A stretch of DNA of 63,826 bases, the filler included, from Phoronis australis (Eukaryota; Animalia; Phoronida), in NCBI GenBank assembly GCA_002633005.1. It is 8 parts of 8 records of this genome, joined end to end, with 100 filler letters (N's around TTAATTAATTAA, not from the genome) between each part and the next. Parts side by side here need not be neighbours in the genome. Positions count along the whole stretch, not along the records: positions 30,462 to 45,088 come from NMRA01001210.1; positions 45,189 to 49,934 come from NMRA01002499.1; 6 more parts are not named here. One strand, written 5' to 3'. Positions within the stretch are counted from its first letter, which is position 1, and every line of letters begins with the position of its first letter. Below the pieces are notes generated by a model that was given only the letters and a program-made list of their open reading frames with translations, was not told the origin of the DNA and did no database searches. A program made the translations under genes and the position numbers. Shown in pieces: positions 38,240 through 49,807 of the stretch.

Positions 38240-40490
38240 CGGCCATTTCCTTGAAAGCGCGCACCGTGAGGAGATGATATGTCTTACCCGATGCATGAAG
38301 GACGATACAGGTGCGTAACTTCTGTCATTAATTACATTTTTGTCTGGCTGATTGCTGTTACAGTTCTCCACCTATGCCAACTGTTTGGTGTACAGGTAGT
38401 TGTAACACGTATATGTTTTAAGTGTCGGCTGTATTTTACAATAGTTGTACTTTGGGTTATACTCATACATCAGTGTTCGGGTCGTGATGACGCACATTTA
38501 TTCAAATGGATATTCACTGAGAAGACTATGGCTTTAAGAGCAGAACTGCTGTCCGTGTAAGTACTCTGATTATGCATTTGAATTTATGTATTTCTGTATG
38601 AGTAAGCAAAGCCTACGATGTACAATAAGTGATATTATGAGAATTATTATTATTATTATTAGTAGTAGTAGTAGTAGTAGTATTAGTATTAGTATTAGTA
38701 TTAGTAGTATTAGTAGTATTAGTAGTATTAGTAGTATTAGTAGTATTAGTAGTATTAGTAGTATTAGTAGTATTAGTAGTATTAGTAGTATTAGTATTAT
38801 TATTATTAGTATTAGTATTAGTATTATTATTAGTATTATTAAATGGATATATTTATCCATCTATCAAATGTATTATCATTAGCTTGCGCTAGACGTTTGT
38901 TACTTGAGTTGCCGAATTTAACGCTCTTTCTAATCCCGACTAACAATTGTCCGACAACATACTAACTAGGGCCCTAACATGCGTCCCGTTTTATGGACTC
39001 CGAATCCTATCTGTCCGGGTTTTTGTGTCCCGGTGTTTTGCGTAATGGTCCAGACGCTAAGCGGAGGAGTGTGCAAGTTTTAGCAACACTTGCCATTTAC
39101 TGTAGGCCCACATGCCAGTTGTCAGGTGCTTTTCGATCCTGATTTAGGGCATAAGTTCAACAAGTAATAAAGTAACGTGTTATTTTTATGCATTCTCCTT
39201 AGTTGCATTGGATTCTGGTCGTTGTCAGATAAAGCAATGCACCCTGGGATTTTGGAATGCTAGCTCACTTCTTGAAAATGCGCCTTTAGTTTTCGACATT
39301 TCGGCTCGGTTGCAAACGGTGAACTTGGGTATGTTAATTTTCTTGGCTCATCGAGCACTGACCAATGACACATAGAACTCTGTGTGAAAGTAGCCATTGT
39401 CCCCCTGAATGTGAATGAAGCATCCGGCTACTCCACTGATTAACGTGCCAGTACACCGGCATTCAAATACATGCAGCTAGGACATTCTCTGTAGGGGGGA
39501 CAATCACAGCTACCACACCAGGACACATAGAACTCCGTCCGATGCAATGAAAACTGGTCATATCGAACCCGGGACACGTACATATGTAGAATCCCGATAT
39601 GCAAATCCTGATATGCATAAAACGGGAACACATCAGGATGACCCCCAACATATGGGTCAGAACAATGGTTCCCGTGATCGATAACTGCCTTGGTAGATTT
39701 TTCAATTAATCTCGAAGTGTCAACTTGAAAACGATAGTTGATTTGCCGATTGTCTGTAAATTTCATTACTGCACGTTTTTTTGTCTATTTACACGCCATA
39801 CCCATACATAAACGACAAGCTGCGACCCACGGATAACAAAGACGGAAGAAAGGTGGATGACGAAAATTAAGAAGATAATCTAACAGGTTGTTTATGTAAT
39901 CTAGCGTTGCTTGCGTGTCCTACTGTATTGGTATAAATAGGGTACAGCTCGATACTCCAAATGTTCACATGTTCGAACTCTCATAATACCACAAATGAAT
40001 AAAAAGGCATTATAAGGCCGAAGGTTAACAAATCTGACAGAAAGAAAAAACTAGTTAGTTCGAAACTAGTCCGAAGGTCTATAATGCCAGAAACCAGCGA
40101 TTCAAAGTCAACGACAGCCAAGCAGCAAAATTTTGGCGGCGATAAACCATACTTCGAACATGTAAATAACTACAGCAACTCAGTGAATCACCCAACTTCA
40201 AGTTTGGATCCCGTTTTGAGAGGCACAGGCTCTTCCGTCGAAGAACTAGTTTCAAGCAGCCGTGTGCAAATAAATCCCTGAACGTTTCGCTCAAAATCAC
40301 TGTTCGGAACCTAGTGTCATGAAAGTTCAAATTTATAACCTTCGGTGGGTTTTCGTAATTATCTGGATAAGTCTTCAGATTTATGGATTTTTAGACTTGC
40401 AAACCTTGCGACCCATGAATACCTTAATTTCATGTAAACTCTGTACACATTCATTCTCACTTGGGGTTTTCAATTCAGGTCATATAAGGT
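38240..40490. repeat. Diverged local duplication, copy 1 (copy 2 at about 42215-43210)
   Basis: Colinear blocks 38240-38510~42215-42430, 38850-38980~42435-42570, 39710-39990~42720-42980 (each with TATAAATA) and 40370-40490~43090-43210. Confidence 0.7.
38641..38840. repeat. (TAT)/(TAG)/(AGTAGTATT)n compound microsatellite
   Basis: Directly visible. Confidence 0.95.
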
Positions 40491-43252
40491 TCCCACTTCT
40501 TATTGTGCAATTTTTAGCGACTTGGCAAGTCGTCGAACTATAGTCTGTGGACTTTGACTGACTAGTGTACCATTTACCCACGGCACCTGACGTCGCGAGC
40601 AGTTACAGTGTACCAAAAGTGCAGGAGGACCACTAATACGAATGACACCAGGGCCAAAGATATGGTGCCGTTCAGCTGTAAATCAGTATGCCTGTTTTGA
40701 CTACATGTGTGTACTCATTTCAGCCATCAAAACTCGATCAATCACTTGTTTTATTTGGTAAAGCGAAGTGAAAAATCTACTTTAGGAATACGTCTTTATT
40801 CAAATACACGGTTTCACAACTGGTTTCAGTGCAGTCTCTCAAAAAATACGTTGGTAATTGTATAACTGGGAGATCTTGTCAATATAAAATACACTATAGG
40901 CTCTCAGTTCGGGTCGCCTGTATTATATTCCTTCTCGGAAGTGAACTACTGTATTTTTTTTGAGCGACTTTATCATTTGTTAAATAGCTGGGCTTTGTTT
41001 ATCATTAAAAGGATACCAAACTCGGTTTTGGCCTACTTACACATACTAAAAACGACTTTCCCCATCCAGTTCTCTGAAACAAAATAATGCTTTGTAACTT
41101 ATCGCCAACCCTCAAAAGTCTGTAAGAAATTTTGAAAACTTCTAACGAATTCTACTAAACGGGCAAGCGTGAGCTACGCTTTTAGCAAGTTGCACAGCAC
41201 CTTTGGAAAAGGCCACCCGTCAAGGACCACAACGTGCAATTTATGAGATGGGAAGTATAAGGTTTTTCAGTTGGTTCCTGCTTTATTTTGGAAGATTGAC
41301 ACTAAAGATGCAAAGCAGGTGACAGAAAGTGGATTGGTTGACATCATCAATTTTAGGTTTATCATCCTTACGGGACCATATAGGACCACGACGTCACGAC
41401 GGGTTACAGTGCATCAAAAAGTTCCTACAGTACCACTAATTCGACTGACAACAGAGTTGAAAAGTGTATCACCGTTCAACTTTCATGAGAAAAAAGCATT
41501 TAAAATGTTTTACACTTCAGTTACAAGTTTGTTGGGGCATCTTTTTACTTTCGTAACCAAATTTCTTTCAATGTATACCTCACAATATGAAATACACTCA
41601 CCTCGGCTCACGTATGTTAAATTCGTCCTCAAAGGTTGATTGGACTTTATTGCCAAGTATGCGATTTTAGCTAATTTTTTTTACAAAATTAAATATTTTA
41701 ACTCCTTAAATGTTTATATTATCGGAAAATAGAAACCCAAGTAAAATTTGAAATTTCGGTTTTTACTTGTATGATATTCATAATGATTGCCTCACAAGAA
41801 TATTTCCCTTAAGTAAAATTTAGCGAAAAAGGAAAGAAAAGCATAGTAATAGCAAAACAACGGTATCGATAACAAGTTCGAATTTCATTTGATGAAAATG
41901 TTCCAAGACGTAATCTCAAAAAACTATTAATGTTCTAAAATGTCATGATTTTATTTTGGATTCGTTAAACGGTCTTTAAGTCCTTGGATTTGGAAGTTTT
42001 ACATAAATATGGACAGCTATTTCTGAAATATAAAACTTCAAAGTTGGGGAAATGTACATGATTTTGAAGCGTCAAAGTTAGAGAAATGATGACGTTTTTC
42101 TATGGTCATACAGGACCTCGCCACAACTGGCAGTGCACCGGGCTTAGATGTCGCTGAACCACCAACACAAAATGACACCAGAGTCGGAAAGGTAAAAAAT
42201 CCCAGGAGTTGCCTCTTACGTGAGGGCGTGCACCATGAGATCCTGTCTTACTCTATACATGAAGGGCGATAGAAGTGTGTAACTTTCGTTTGATAACATT
42301 TTTGTCTGGCTGACACTTACTGTTACAGTTACCCACCTGTGACAAATGTATGGTGTCCAGATAATTGGGTTGTACTCAAGTATTAGTGTTTGGGTTGCGA
42401 TGACGCACATGTACTTCGAATAGACAAAGCTCTCCATCCATCATATCTATTACCATTTGCTTGCACTAAGCGTTTGTTACTTGTCTTGCTGGTACATTCG
42501 CGTTGACGCTAACACTCTTTTTAATCCCGACTAACAATTGCACTAACATACTAACACCAATCCTAACATTTCAAGAAATACAGCATGAATAAATTCAAAC
42601 GACGTTCAAGGTCACAAAATGCATGCTGAGTGGTGTTATTTGAATTCCTCTTCAAATGCCAAAATCAAATGGAACTGAACTACCGTGGCAGGGACAAGGA
42701 TTTTTGAATTAGTTTCCGAATGGCAAATTGAAAACCATAGTTGATTTATCAATTGTTTGTAATTTTTTTTTAATGAACGTTTTCGTTACCATGCCTACAC
42801 CACAAAGATACGATCCGACTCACGGATAACCAAGACGGAAGAAGAAGCATGAAAGACTGAAAATTAACAACCGACACTAAAATTAAGAAGGAAACTTAAA
42901 GTAGCTTGCAAGTCACAGTGCATTAGTATAAATAAGATGAAACTCGATACTCCGAAGGTTCACAAGCCTGAAGGCAAGTTATGTGACATTGAATGATTTT
43001 TTTAAATGCCCTATCAGGCAAATAAAAACGTTTTTGAAAACAGCCCTATCAAACTGATAGTAAAATAACTAATATTCTTTCAGACTTGTGTCGATCTTCA
43101 GATTTATTTATACTTCGACTTGTAAACTTTCGGAGCCATGAATTCCGTAATTTCATACCTTCCGCCCACAATTGTTCTCACTTGTAGTTTTCAATTCAGA
43201 TCATATGGGTTTATTGTTTCGAGGGGATTAACTTCTTTCGAACCTGATTTTA

Positions 43253-44935
43253 GTTTTTATGCGCAAACGTATTTATATGTGGACTCGTTATGCCGTCATC
43301 TCCATCCATCCGTTCGGAGTCCGGCGTACGGCGTCCGCTCCAAACCGCCTTGACGTATATTCAGGAAGTTTTGCACATGTGTTTCTTCCGTAGATGGGAC
43401 GGAATGAGCGAACATTCAAGCGGATCCGACTATTGGTGTGACCCCTAGTGGCAATTTTAGTTACGTTTACCTCTTTAACGGATTTTCATAAAAATTGATA
43501 CATAGGCATCTATCAGTGAGATGAGGCTAACCTTCCGTTTTCAGATGGATTCGTCGTAGTTTGCGCCACCTAGTGGCCAGGTTTTGGTGTTTTCGAGTTT
43601 GTTTTTGCGTCCACCCCTCTATCAACCAAACCGCTCAAAGGATGATTGTGAAAATTGGCATGCATGACGATGATTTGCCGACGACTTTGACTACTATGGC
43701 GCCTCCTAGTGGCAGTTTTTTGCGCCTATGGCTGCATGTCCTAAACCGTTCGCAGGATCTTTAATAAATTTAGTAAGTGTATTTATGTGATGTATGACGA
43801 CGGAAGACAACGACTTTCGGACAGATCTGACTACTGGTGTGCCACCTACTGGCAATTTTTTTACATTTACCTCTGTGTGTTCAAACGTCCTCAACGTATT
43901 TTCATAAAATTTGGCATACACGCACCTGTTAACTGAGTGAACTGAGTGACGCTATCTCTCCGTTTTCAGATGGATTCGACCTAGTTTGCGCCATTTAGTG
44001 GCCATTTTTACTGTTTTCGAGTCTGTTTTTGGCGTCCAGTCATCTATCAACGAAACCGTTTTCAGGATAATTGTGAAAATTGGCATGTATGATTTTACTA
44101 TAAAGTGGACGGCTGACGAGGATTTTCAGACGACTTTGACTATTGTGGCGCCTCCTAGTGGCACTTTTGGGTTTTTTTGCGCTCATGACTGTATCTCCTA
44201 AACCGTTTGCAGGATGTTTACTTAATTTAGCGAGTGTATTTATATGATGTTGACAACGGACGACGACGACGACTTTAGGACGGATCTGACTACTGGTGTG
44301 CCCCCTAGTGGCAATTTCAGTTTTTTACGTTTACCATTCTGTACCTTCAAAGGTCCTCAACAGATTTTCATATAGTTGTGAATATAGGCATCTATGTTTT
44401 TAGATGGAATTGAGGTATTTTGCACGACCTGGTGGCCATTTTTGCTGTTTTCAAATCTTGTTTTTGGCGTCCACCCCTCTATCAACGAAATCATTCTAGG
44501 GATAGTTTTGAAAATTGGCGAATATGTTTTCAGTGTGAAGAGGACGTTTGATGGTGGCAACTGTCTAGTGTGGCGCCTCCTAGTGGTAGTTATGTTTTGT
44601 TTTGCGCCCATAGCTATATCTCCTAAACCCACTCCAGGATCTTTATTAAATTTAGTAAGTGTATTTATATGAAGATAACAACAGACGACGACTTTCAGGC
44701 GGATCCAACGAACGCTGTGCGCATAAGTGGCAGTTTCACGTTATTCTGTTTTCCTTTGTTTCTCTGAAGTTCCTTGACAGATTTTTATGAAATATGGCAT
44801 GTTCCCGTTTTTGGATGGATTGTACGTTTTTGCACCATCTAGTGGCCATTTTATGATACAAATAAATAACCTTAAAAGCACACCATTTGCGATGCATTCG
44901 TGGGCGCATTTCAAAGCTCCGCGTTGCTCTTGTTT
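43253..44935 (+). mobile_element. Helentron-associated (HINE/DINE-like) non-autonomous element with internal tandem cores
   Basis: T-rich insertion site, 5' (CCAT/CGTC) microsatellite, and repeated GCC(A/T)CCTAGTGGC cores. The 3' end GGGCGCATTTCAAAGCTCCGCGTTGCTCTTGTTT recurs inverted at 63471-63575. Confidence 0.6.
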
Positions 44936-45188
44936 AGGGACTTGTTCTTTCGTCAAACTACTGGCTGACCAGTATACCATTAACATGGGAGATTTTACAA
45001 AAATCTGAACTGCTATTTCTAAGATATCAACCTTTAAAATTAGAGAAATGTGGACACTTTCTAGGGCCACGAAGCATCCGAAGTAGCANNNNNNNNNNNN
45101 NNNNNNNNNNNNNNNNNNNNNNNNNNNNNNNNTTAATTAATTAANNNNNNNNNNNNNNNNNNNNNNNNNNNNNNNNNNNNNNNNNNNN

Positions 45189-45255
45189 GTAGGACTCGAA
45201 CCCATGACCTCGAGTAAAGAAAACAGACATCAATCACAGTAGGCCACACTGCCTC
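45189..45255 (-). mobile_element. tRNA-derived SINE head
   Basis: The minus strand has A-box TGGCCTACTG and B-box GGTTCGAGTCC; truncated by the gap. Confidence 0.55.
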
Positions 45256-46023
45256 CTTGAATATGATTTTGTTTGGTATATAATAAGCTACATGAGTAGT
45301 GATTGGTCTAACCGTTATCCTCTGTGAATCTGCATTTCAATCTGTAATACCACAATACACAGCTAACTATATGATTTTTTGGTCATCGATACATAAGTTG
45401 ATCAGCTGCTCTGCTTTCTTAGCATCTGAATGGCATGCACAAGACAAAACAAGCATGATTGCGACAAAAATTAAATTGTACTAAAGAGACATGGAACGCG
45501 AAAATTAATAACAGTAACTTTTAACCAGATCGTGGTGAATCTACTTATTGGGGATGCTAACGTGAGAGATATTCACTTTAAATATTGCAAGAATTTCTAG
45601 AAAAAATTGTCAGATTCACTATTTTTGAAGCACAGAGGGAATATAAACTCTTTCATTCGATGGTTTTCAGCAGAAATTCAAAATCTTTACGAACAAGCCT
45701 TAAAAATGTAAGGTGAAAAGTTTGACTTCTGTTTTAGTGGCAGAGATAATGCAATTTGCTGTTTTTCGCGTTCTATGTCACTTGAATATGCACCCAATGA
45801 CCCATGTTAAGCAATCATAATGGGACGCGCTCCTGATGCCACCCCTGCTCCTGCATTTTGGTAGTCACGGATATCCAATGAATTAACTGGGGGTAGGGAT
45901 GAAATACTCAGAGGTGTCAGGTGTGAAAGGTAAGTATGAAACTGTCTCACTAACGAAATGTACTGTAGTCACCCGAAATGATCCAGTACTAATATGATTT
46001 GTTCATGTCAATTTACGCAATAG

Positions 46024-46223
46024 GGTGGTTACAGAATAGAGTTGCTCTCAGCTGATGAGAGAGTTACACATCGCCTGTTTCCCGCATGGGCGGAACCAGA
46101 GCCTGAGTCAACACCGCTGCCCGCAGCAACGCCGGAGACGTCACCAGAACCAGAGTCGACAGCAGAACCTGAGCCAAGCTCAAAGTCAGCAGCTGGCCCC
46201 TGGGCTAATTCTTTAGATTCCAC
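46024..46223 (+). CDS. LPMO-like/EGF/DOMON protein, internal exon A (GGYRIELLSADERVTHRLFPAW-PEPES-rich insert-WANSLDST)
   Basis: CAATAG acceptor, open frame, and a GTACGT donor at 46224 (phase 2) matching the next exon. Confidence 0.75.
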
Positions 46224-46439
46224 GTACGTTACTTAGCTGTAGCTTACTTTTGCGTCGTAACTATAATACTTCGTTTTTAGAAAAGTAACCACACATCCAG
46301 TCCATGGACCTAAGAGCAGTATACATAAATCTGTCCTCAATGCCGAAGCAGCCACGTTTGTGTCGGTAGAGAAGTAGGTATTGTACCGTTCTTAGTGGGT
46401 TTTACCTGGCAGTCCACACGTCACTGGACTTGCTGCGTT

Positions 46440-47016
46440 TCTTCCACTCTGATGTTGAAAACTCTATGACAAAATGAAAAGTTGTGTCTCGCTTCACGGC
46501 AAAACCATTGCACGCGATAAAAGAAACTTTATTCATTTTCATTTTTTGGCCCTTTCACTCCCACCAAAAAGGAAGTGAAGTTTAGAATAAAAGTGGCAAA
46601 AAAAGGGAAGTAGACAGTTTTCATCCCAAAACATCTTCTTTCCTTCACCGCAATGCTAACTAAACACAAGTCAACACCAGATTCTGAAAGCAAATTTCCT
46701 ACATATTCCAAAAACATGGTCCACAAGTGTTGCTATCCTCTTACATTTTTAAAATTATGGGTTGGTTGAGGGCTACCTGAAATCGCAACAGATTTATCAG
46801 TCGCAGCAATAATGCTATGGAGGTCCTTCATTTTGAATAAAAGTGTATCTGAGGTCGATTTTGTGCACTTTTCTTATCCCCAACCTGTTTACAAATGCAA
46901 ACAAACCAAAACTAGATTCACTGAACCTAGTAATGCCTACCTTTAAACTACGCCACACTGGACCTACTTCAAATATTTAATTTATTGGCAGTGTAAATTG
47001 CCCGCCGCTACAGTCT
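46440..47016. mobile_element. Dispersed repeat homologous to about 7150-7560
   Basis: Shares CAACAC.AGATTC.GAAAGCAAATTTCCTAC, TTGAGGGCTACCTG.AATCGC and GGCAGTG.AAATTG.CCGC blocks. Confidence 0.6.
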
Positions 47017-47194
47017 AACTGTACAGTGCCATGAAATGTCGAGCAGATCACGCCATTTGGCGGTCGGCAGCGTCATTTTCAACTTTTCAGTGAGCACTTA
47101 GCGTACAATACATAAACGTCCTTGTATACGGGTACCTTGTACTTAAATAGTCCAAAGCTCGAGTATTGCTAAATAGTTTCATTTGGTTGGTAGC

Positions 47195-47554
47195 GTAGTA
47201 ATTTCTTTTTTCATAGCCAGTAAGAACATATTTACCTTTGACAGTTTCGGCTCCCATCAATAACCATCTTCCGAAATTATTGCACACTTGGTGGCGTGGT
47301 GATCAGGCTGTTCCAAATTTTGGACATCTTGTAACCTCTGTCATCCCTGTTCATGACTGATCCACTCAATCTGGGTCAGGAAAGTGGATCAGTCATGAAC
47401 AGGGACGATGGAGGTTATAAGTTGTACAAAATTTGAAACAGCCTGATCACCACGCCACCTAGCGTCCAATAACTTCGGAAGATGGCAGCTGATAGGAGCC
47501 GAAACTGTCAAGGGTAAATGTGTTCTTACTGGTTGCTAAAAAAGAAACTACTAC
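47195..47554. mobile_element. Penelope-like element 3' end present as an inverted pair (360-bp hairpin)
   Basis: Arms 47195-47366 and 47383-47554. Encodes the GIY-YIG tail IWVRK..MNRDDGGYKL.KI(W)NSLI. Confidence 0.85.
47470..47515 (+). ncRNA. Minimal type I hammerhead ribozyme motif (variant core); second copy on - at 47234-47279
   Basis: AACTT-CGGAAGA-TGGC-loop-GCC-GAAAC-T-GTC-AAGGG: stem I, core, stem II, GAAAC and the GUC cleavage triplet. Position U4 reads G in both copies. Confidence 0.6.
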
Positions 47555-47984
47555 TTATAAAGCTCGAGTAATCGGAATTTGTATACAAGTTTTCAGATTC
47601 GATTTTGTGTTTGAAAGTCCTATACGAAATATAGTATGAATATAACTGATTGAGAATGGAGAGAAAAAATGAATATAATGCAGCACACTCACAGGACTCT
47701 TCAGTTCGGAAAGTGTTGATAAGTGATCTAGCCTAATCCACTCACACTTCTTTATTTGATCAAGAAACAAAGAATAACGAATAGGTATTGCTCATCCATC
47801 TCCCGTTTTGAAAGAACATAAAATCGTTCACACTCTACTTCATTTGACAAGTGGAACATATTTCGAGTGGGAACAAGTGTCTTTACATTTCGACTACTGG
47901 AACGTATACGAAAAATCGGTGTGTGTAGATAGTGCTTAAAAGGATTATATATTTCCTTTGACTACTCTTTTGTTTCTACATTAG

Positions 47985-48118
47985 ACGACTGGTACAGAGT
48001 GTGACGTTACCAGAAGGGTTTACCTGCCAACGCTGTGTGCTTCGACTACTTCGCCAGGCCGTTGAATGGGGCCGGGGATATGTTTTCAGAAGTTGTGCCG
48101 ACATCAGAGTAGTGTCAG
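47985..48118 (+). CDS. LPMO-like/EGF/DOMON protein, exon B (RLVQSVTLPEGFTCQRCVLRLLRQAVEWGRGYVFRSCADIRVVS)
   Basis: TTAG acceptor after a pyrimidine tract and a GTAACC donor. LP..C..C.L..F..CADI is the C-terminal motif of LPMO-fold domains. Confidence 0.9.
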
Positions 48119-48384
48119 GTAACCTCAACAGGGGGCGTTGTCATCGGAGAAATGGGAACGGATTGAAGGTTGAAAAATGGAAGTGCTGAATGGTGAATGG
48201 AACCTAGCAGTGTATCGGAAAATGTATGAACTTGAAGTCACGTGCTGTAGAACGATTTATTAGTTTTATGGCCACTCATAATGTTTGACTGAAATCCAGT
48301 GAAACGACAGCTAGAGCGTATGTAAACATGCATACACTTCTCGTTTTATTTTTATTAAATTGTTCTTTTATGTCCTGTTTTCAG

Positions 48385-48483
48385 TTCCGAAGGACACGCG
48401 GGACTGCTCAAATCAAGGTTCTTTTACTCAAGGAAAATGTCGATGCAATAGATTATACTCTGGGTTGAACTGTGAAAACAAGG
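48385..48483 (+). CDS. Same gene, exon C (EGF-like: CSNQGSFTQGKCRCNRLYSGLNCE)
   Basis: TTTTCAG acceptor, GTGAGT donor, phase 1-1, EGF CxC-x5-G-x2-C. Confidence 0.9.
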
Positions 48484-49088
48484 GTGAGTTTTCAAATTGG
48501 TTTATCATATAATCCCTGTTGAAACAGATCTATGTGCCACCAGCGGCGGTTGTGGGATGTCTCAAGGGGGAAAGTCACCATATTTCAAAGTAATAACGTA
48601 ACGATACTTCGGTCGCTGGGCTCCCTGCATACGCCTATGGTCACCACCGCGTTCTATTAGTATCCACCACCACCACCACCACCACCACCATCCCACATTA
48701 ACTTCGTCATCATAACCATGGTCGTCGTAGTCACCGGCGTCTTTGCTATCGTTATCAGAGTTTGTCTATTGGCATTGCGTGCGAGAGCTGACTATCCAAC
48801 CCAGTGTCTCTAAACAAGAGTGTGATTACAAAAGCAGAAATTTATTTTTGAGGAAATAATCAGCTTGCTAGATTTAGAGATGAATAATTTTTGCTCATGA
48901 TATCGAAAACTAATTGACGATTGAATGAATGCGTTGTGTGTGTAGTCAATGAAGCATTTTGCAAGCCGAGAACTTGTCCAGTTAGAAAGATAAGTTCTAA
49001 CAAGCTGGGCAAAATGTAATGACCGTCTAATACCTGATCATCACTTAGAAGAAAATTTACTATTTCAAAAAATTCTTTTTATTTCTAG

Positions 49089-49211
49089 ACGAATGTCTTC
49101 TGGATTCTGACTGCGGTGGCCACGGGGTTTGCAGATCAGTGGACACCACGTTCTATCCAAAGAAACAATGCTACTGTTCCCCCGGCTGGTTCGGGGAAAA
49201 CTGCGCTATGG
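49089..49211 (+). CDS. Same gene, exon D (EGF: DECLLDSDCGGHGVC..KQCYCSPGWFGENC)
   Basis: TTTCTAG acceptor, GTACGT donor, phase 1-1, six-Cys EGF. Confidence 0.92.
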
Positions 49212-49709
49212 GTACGTAGTAGTGGTAGTGGTAGTGTAAGTGGTAGTGAACGTGATAGTGGTAGTAGTATATTGTTTATTTAAGTGACATGTGCTTGAAT
49301 TGAAACAATTAATTCAGAATTTAAAATCACACCTAGCCCGTTGGGCTCATGTGACACTGGTTACATAGTAATGTATAAACACCTCTTGCATTAAAAAAGT
49401 GCTTGACATGAACATAAACAGAAAGATCCCTGAACAAATTAATCTAAGCTGATGTATAGCAGAAAAATTCAAAAAAGTGGAATGCAAGTTGCTGGCCTCA
49501 TTATATAGTTGACTACATAAGTCGTGACACAAAATGCTAAAATTCCACAGCACTGAGACCACATAAGTGACATAACGTATTTTCTGGTTCAATATTAGTG
49601 CACCTTCCAACCTCATTTCCAATATAAGAATTCCTAATTATCGAAACACCTCGTTATTTTATTTAAGCAATCTCAAGGTTCGTTTGATAAAAATTTCTTT
49701 AATTTTCAG

Positions 49710-49807
49710 AATCGTCGTTGTCTACTGTGGACGTCGACTTCAAGACATACCAGTTTGCTAACGTTGTGAAAGGGACTCATCAGTTGTTCTGGAAACATAT
49801 TGCAAAG
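49710..49807 (+). CDS. Same gene, exon E (ESSLSTVDVDFKTYQFANVVKGTHQLFWKHIAK; start of a DOMON-like domain)
   Basis: TTTTCAG acceptor, GTAAAG donor, in frame with exon D. L-F-W resembles the first strand of DOMON. Confidence 0.75.

Noticed and set aside
38570-38882. Poly-Ile/Leu and poly-Ser/Ile ORFs
   Set aside because: These are translations of a microsatellite.
39440-39766. HPDVF motif suggesting a carbohydrate sulfotransferase
   Set aside because: There is no upstream RSGSS PAPS-binding motif and no following EP.
40084-40281. ORF starting MPETSDSK, reminiscent of histone H2B
   Set aside because: It has no histone fold or Lys-rich tail, and no linked stem-loop.
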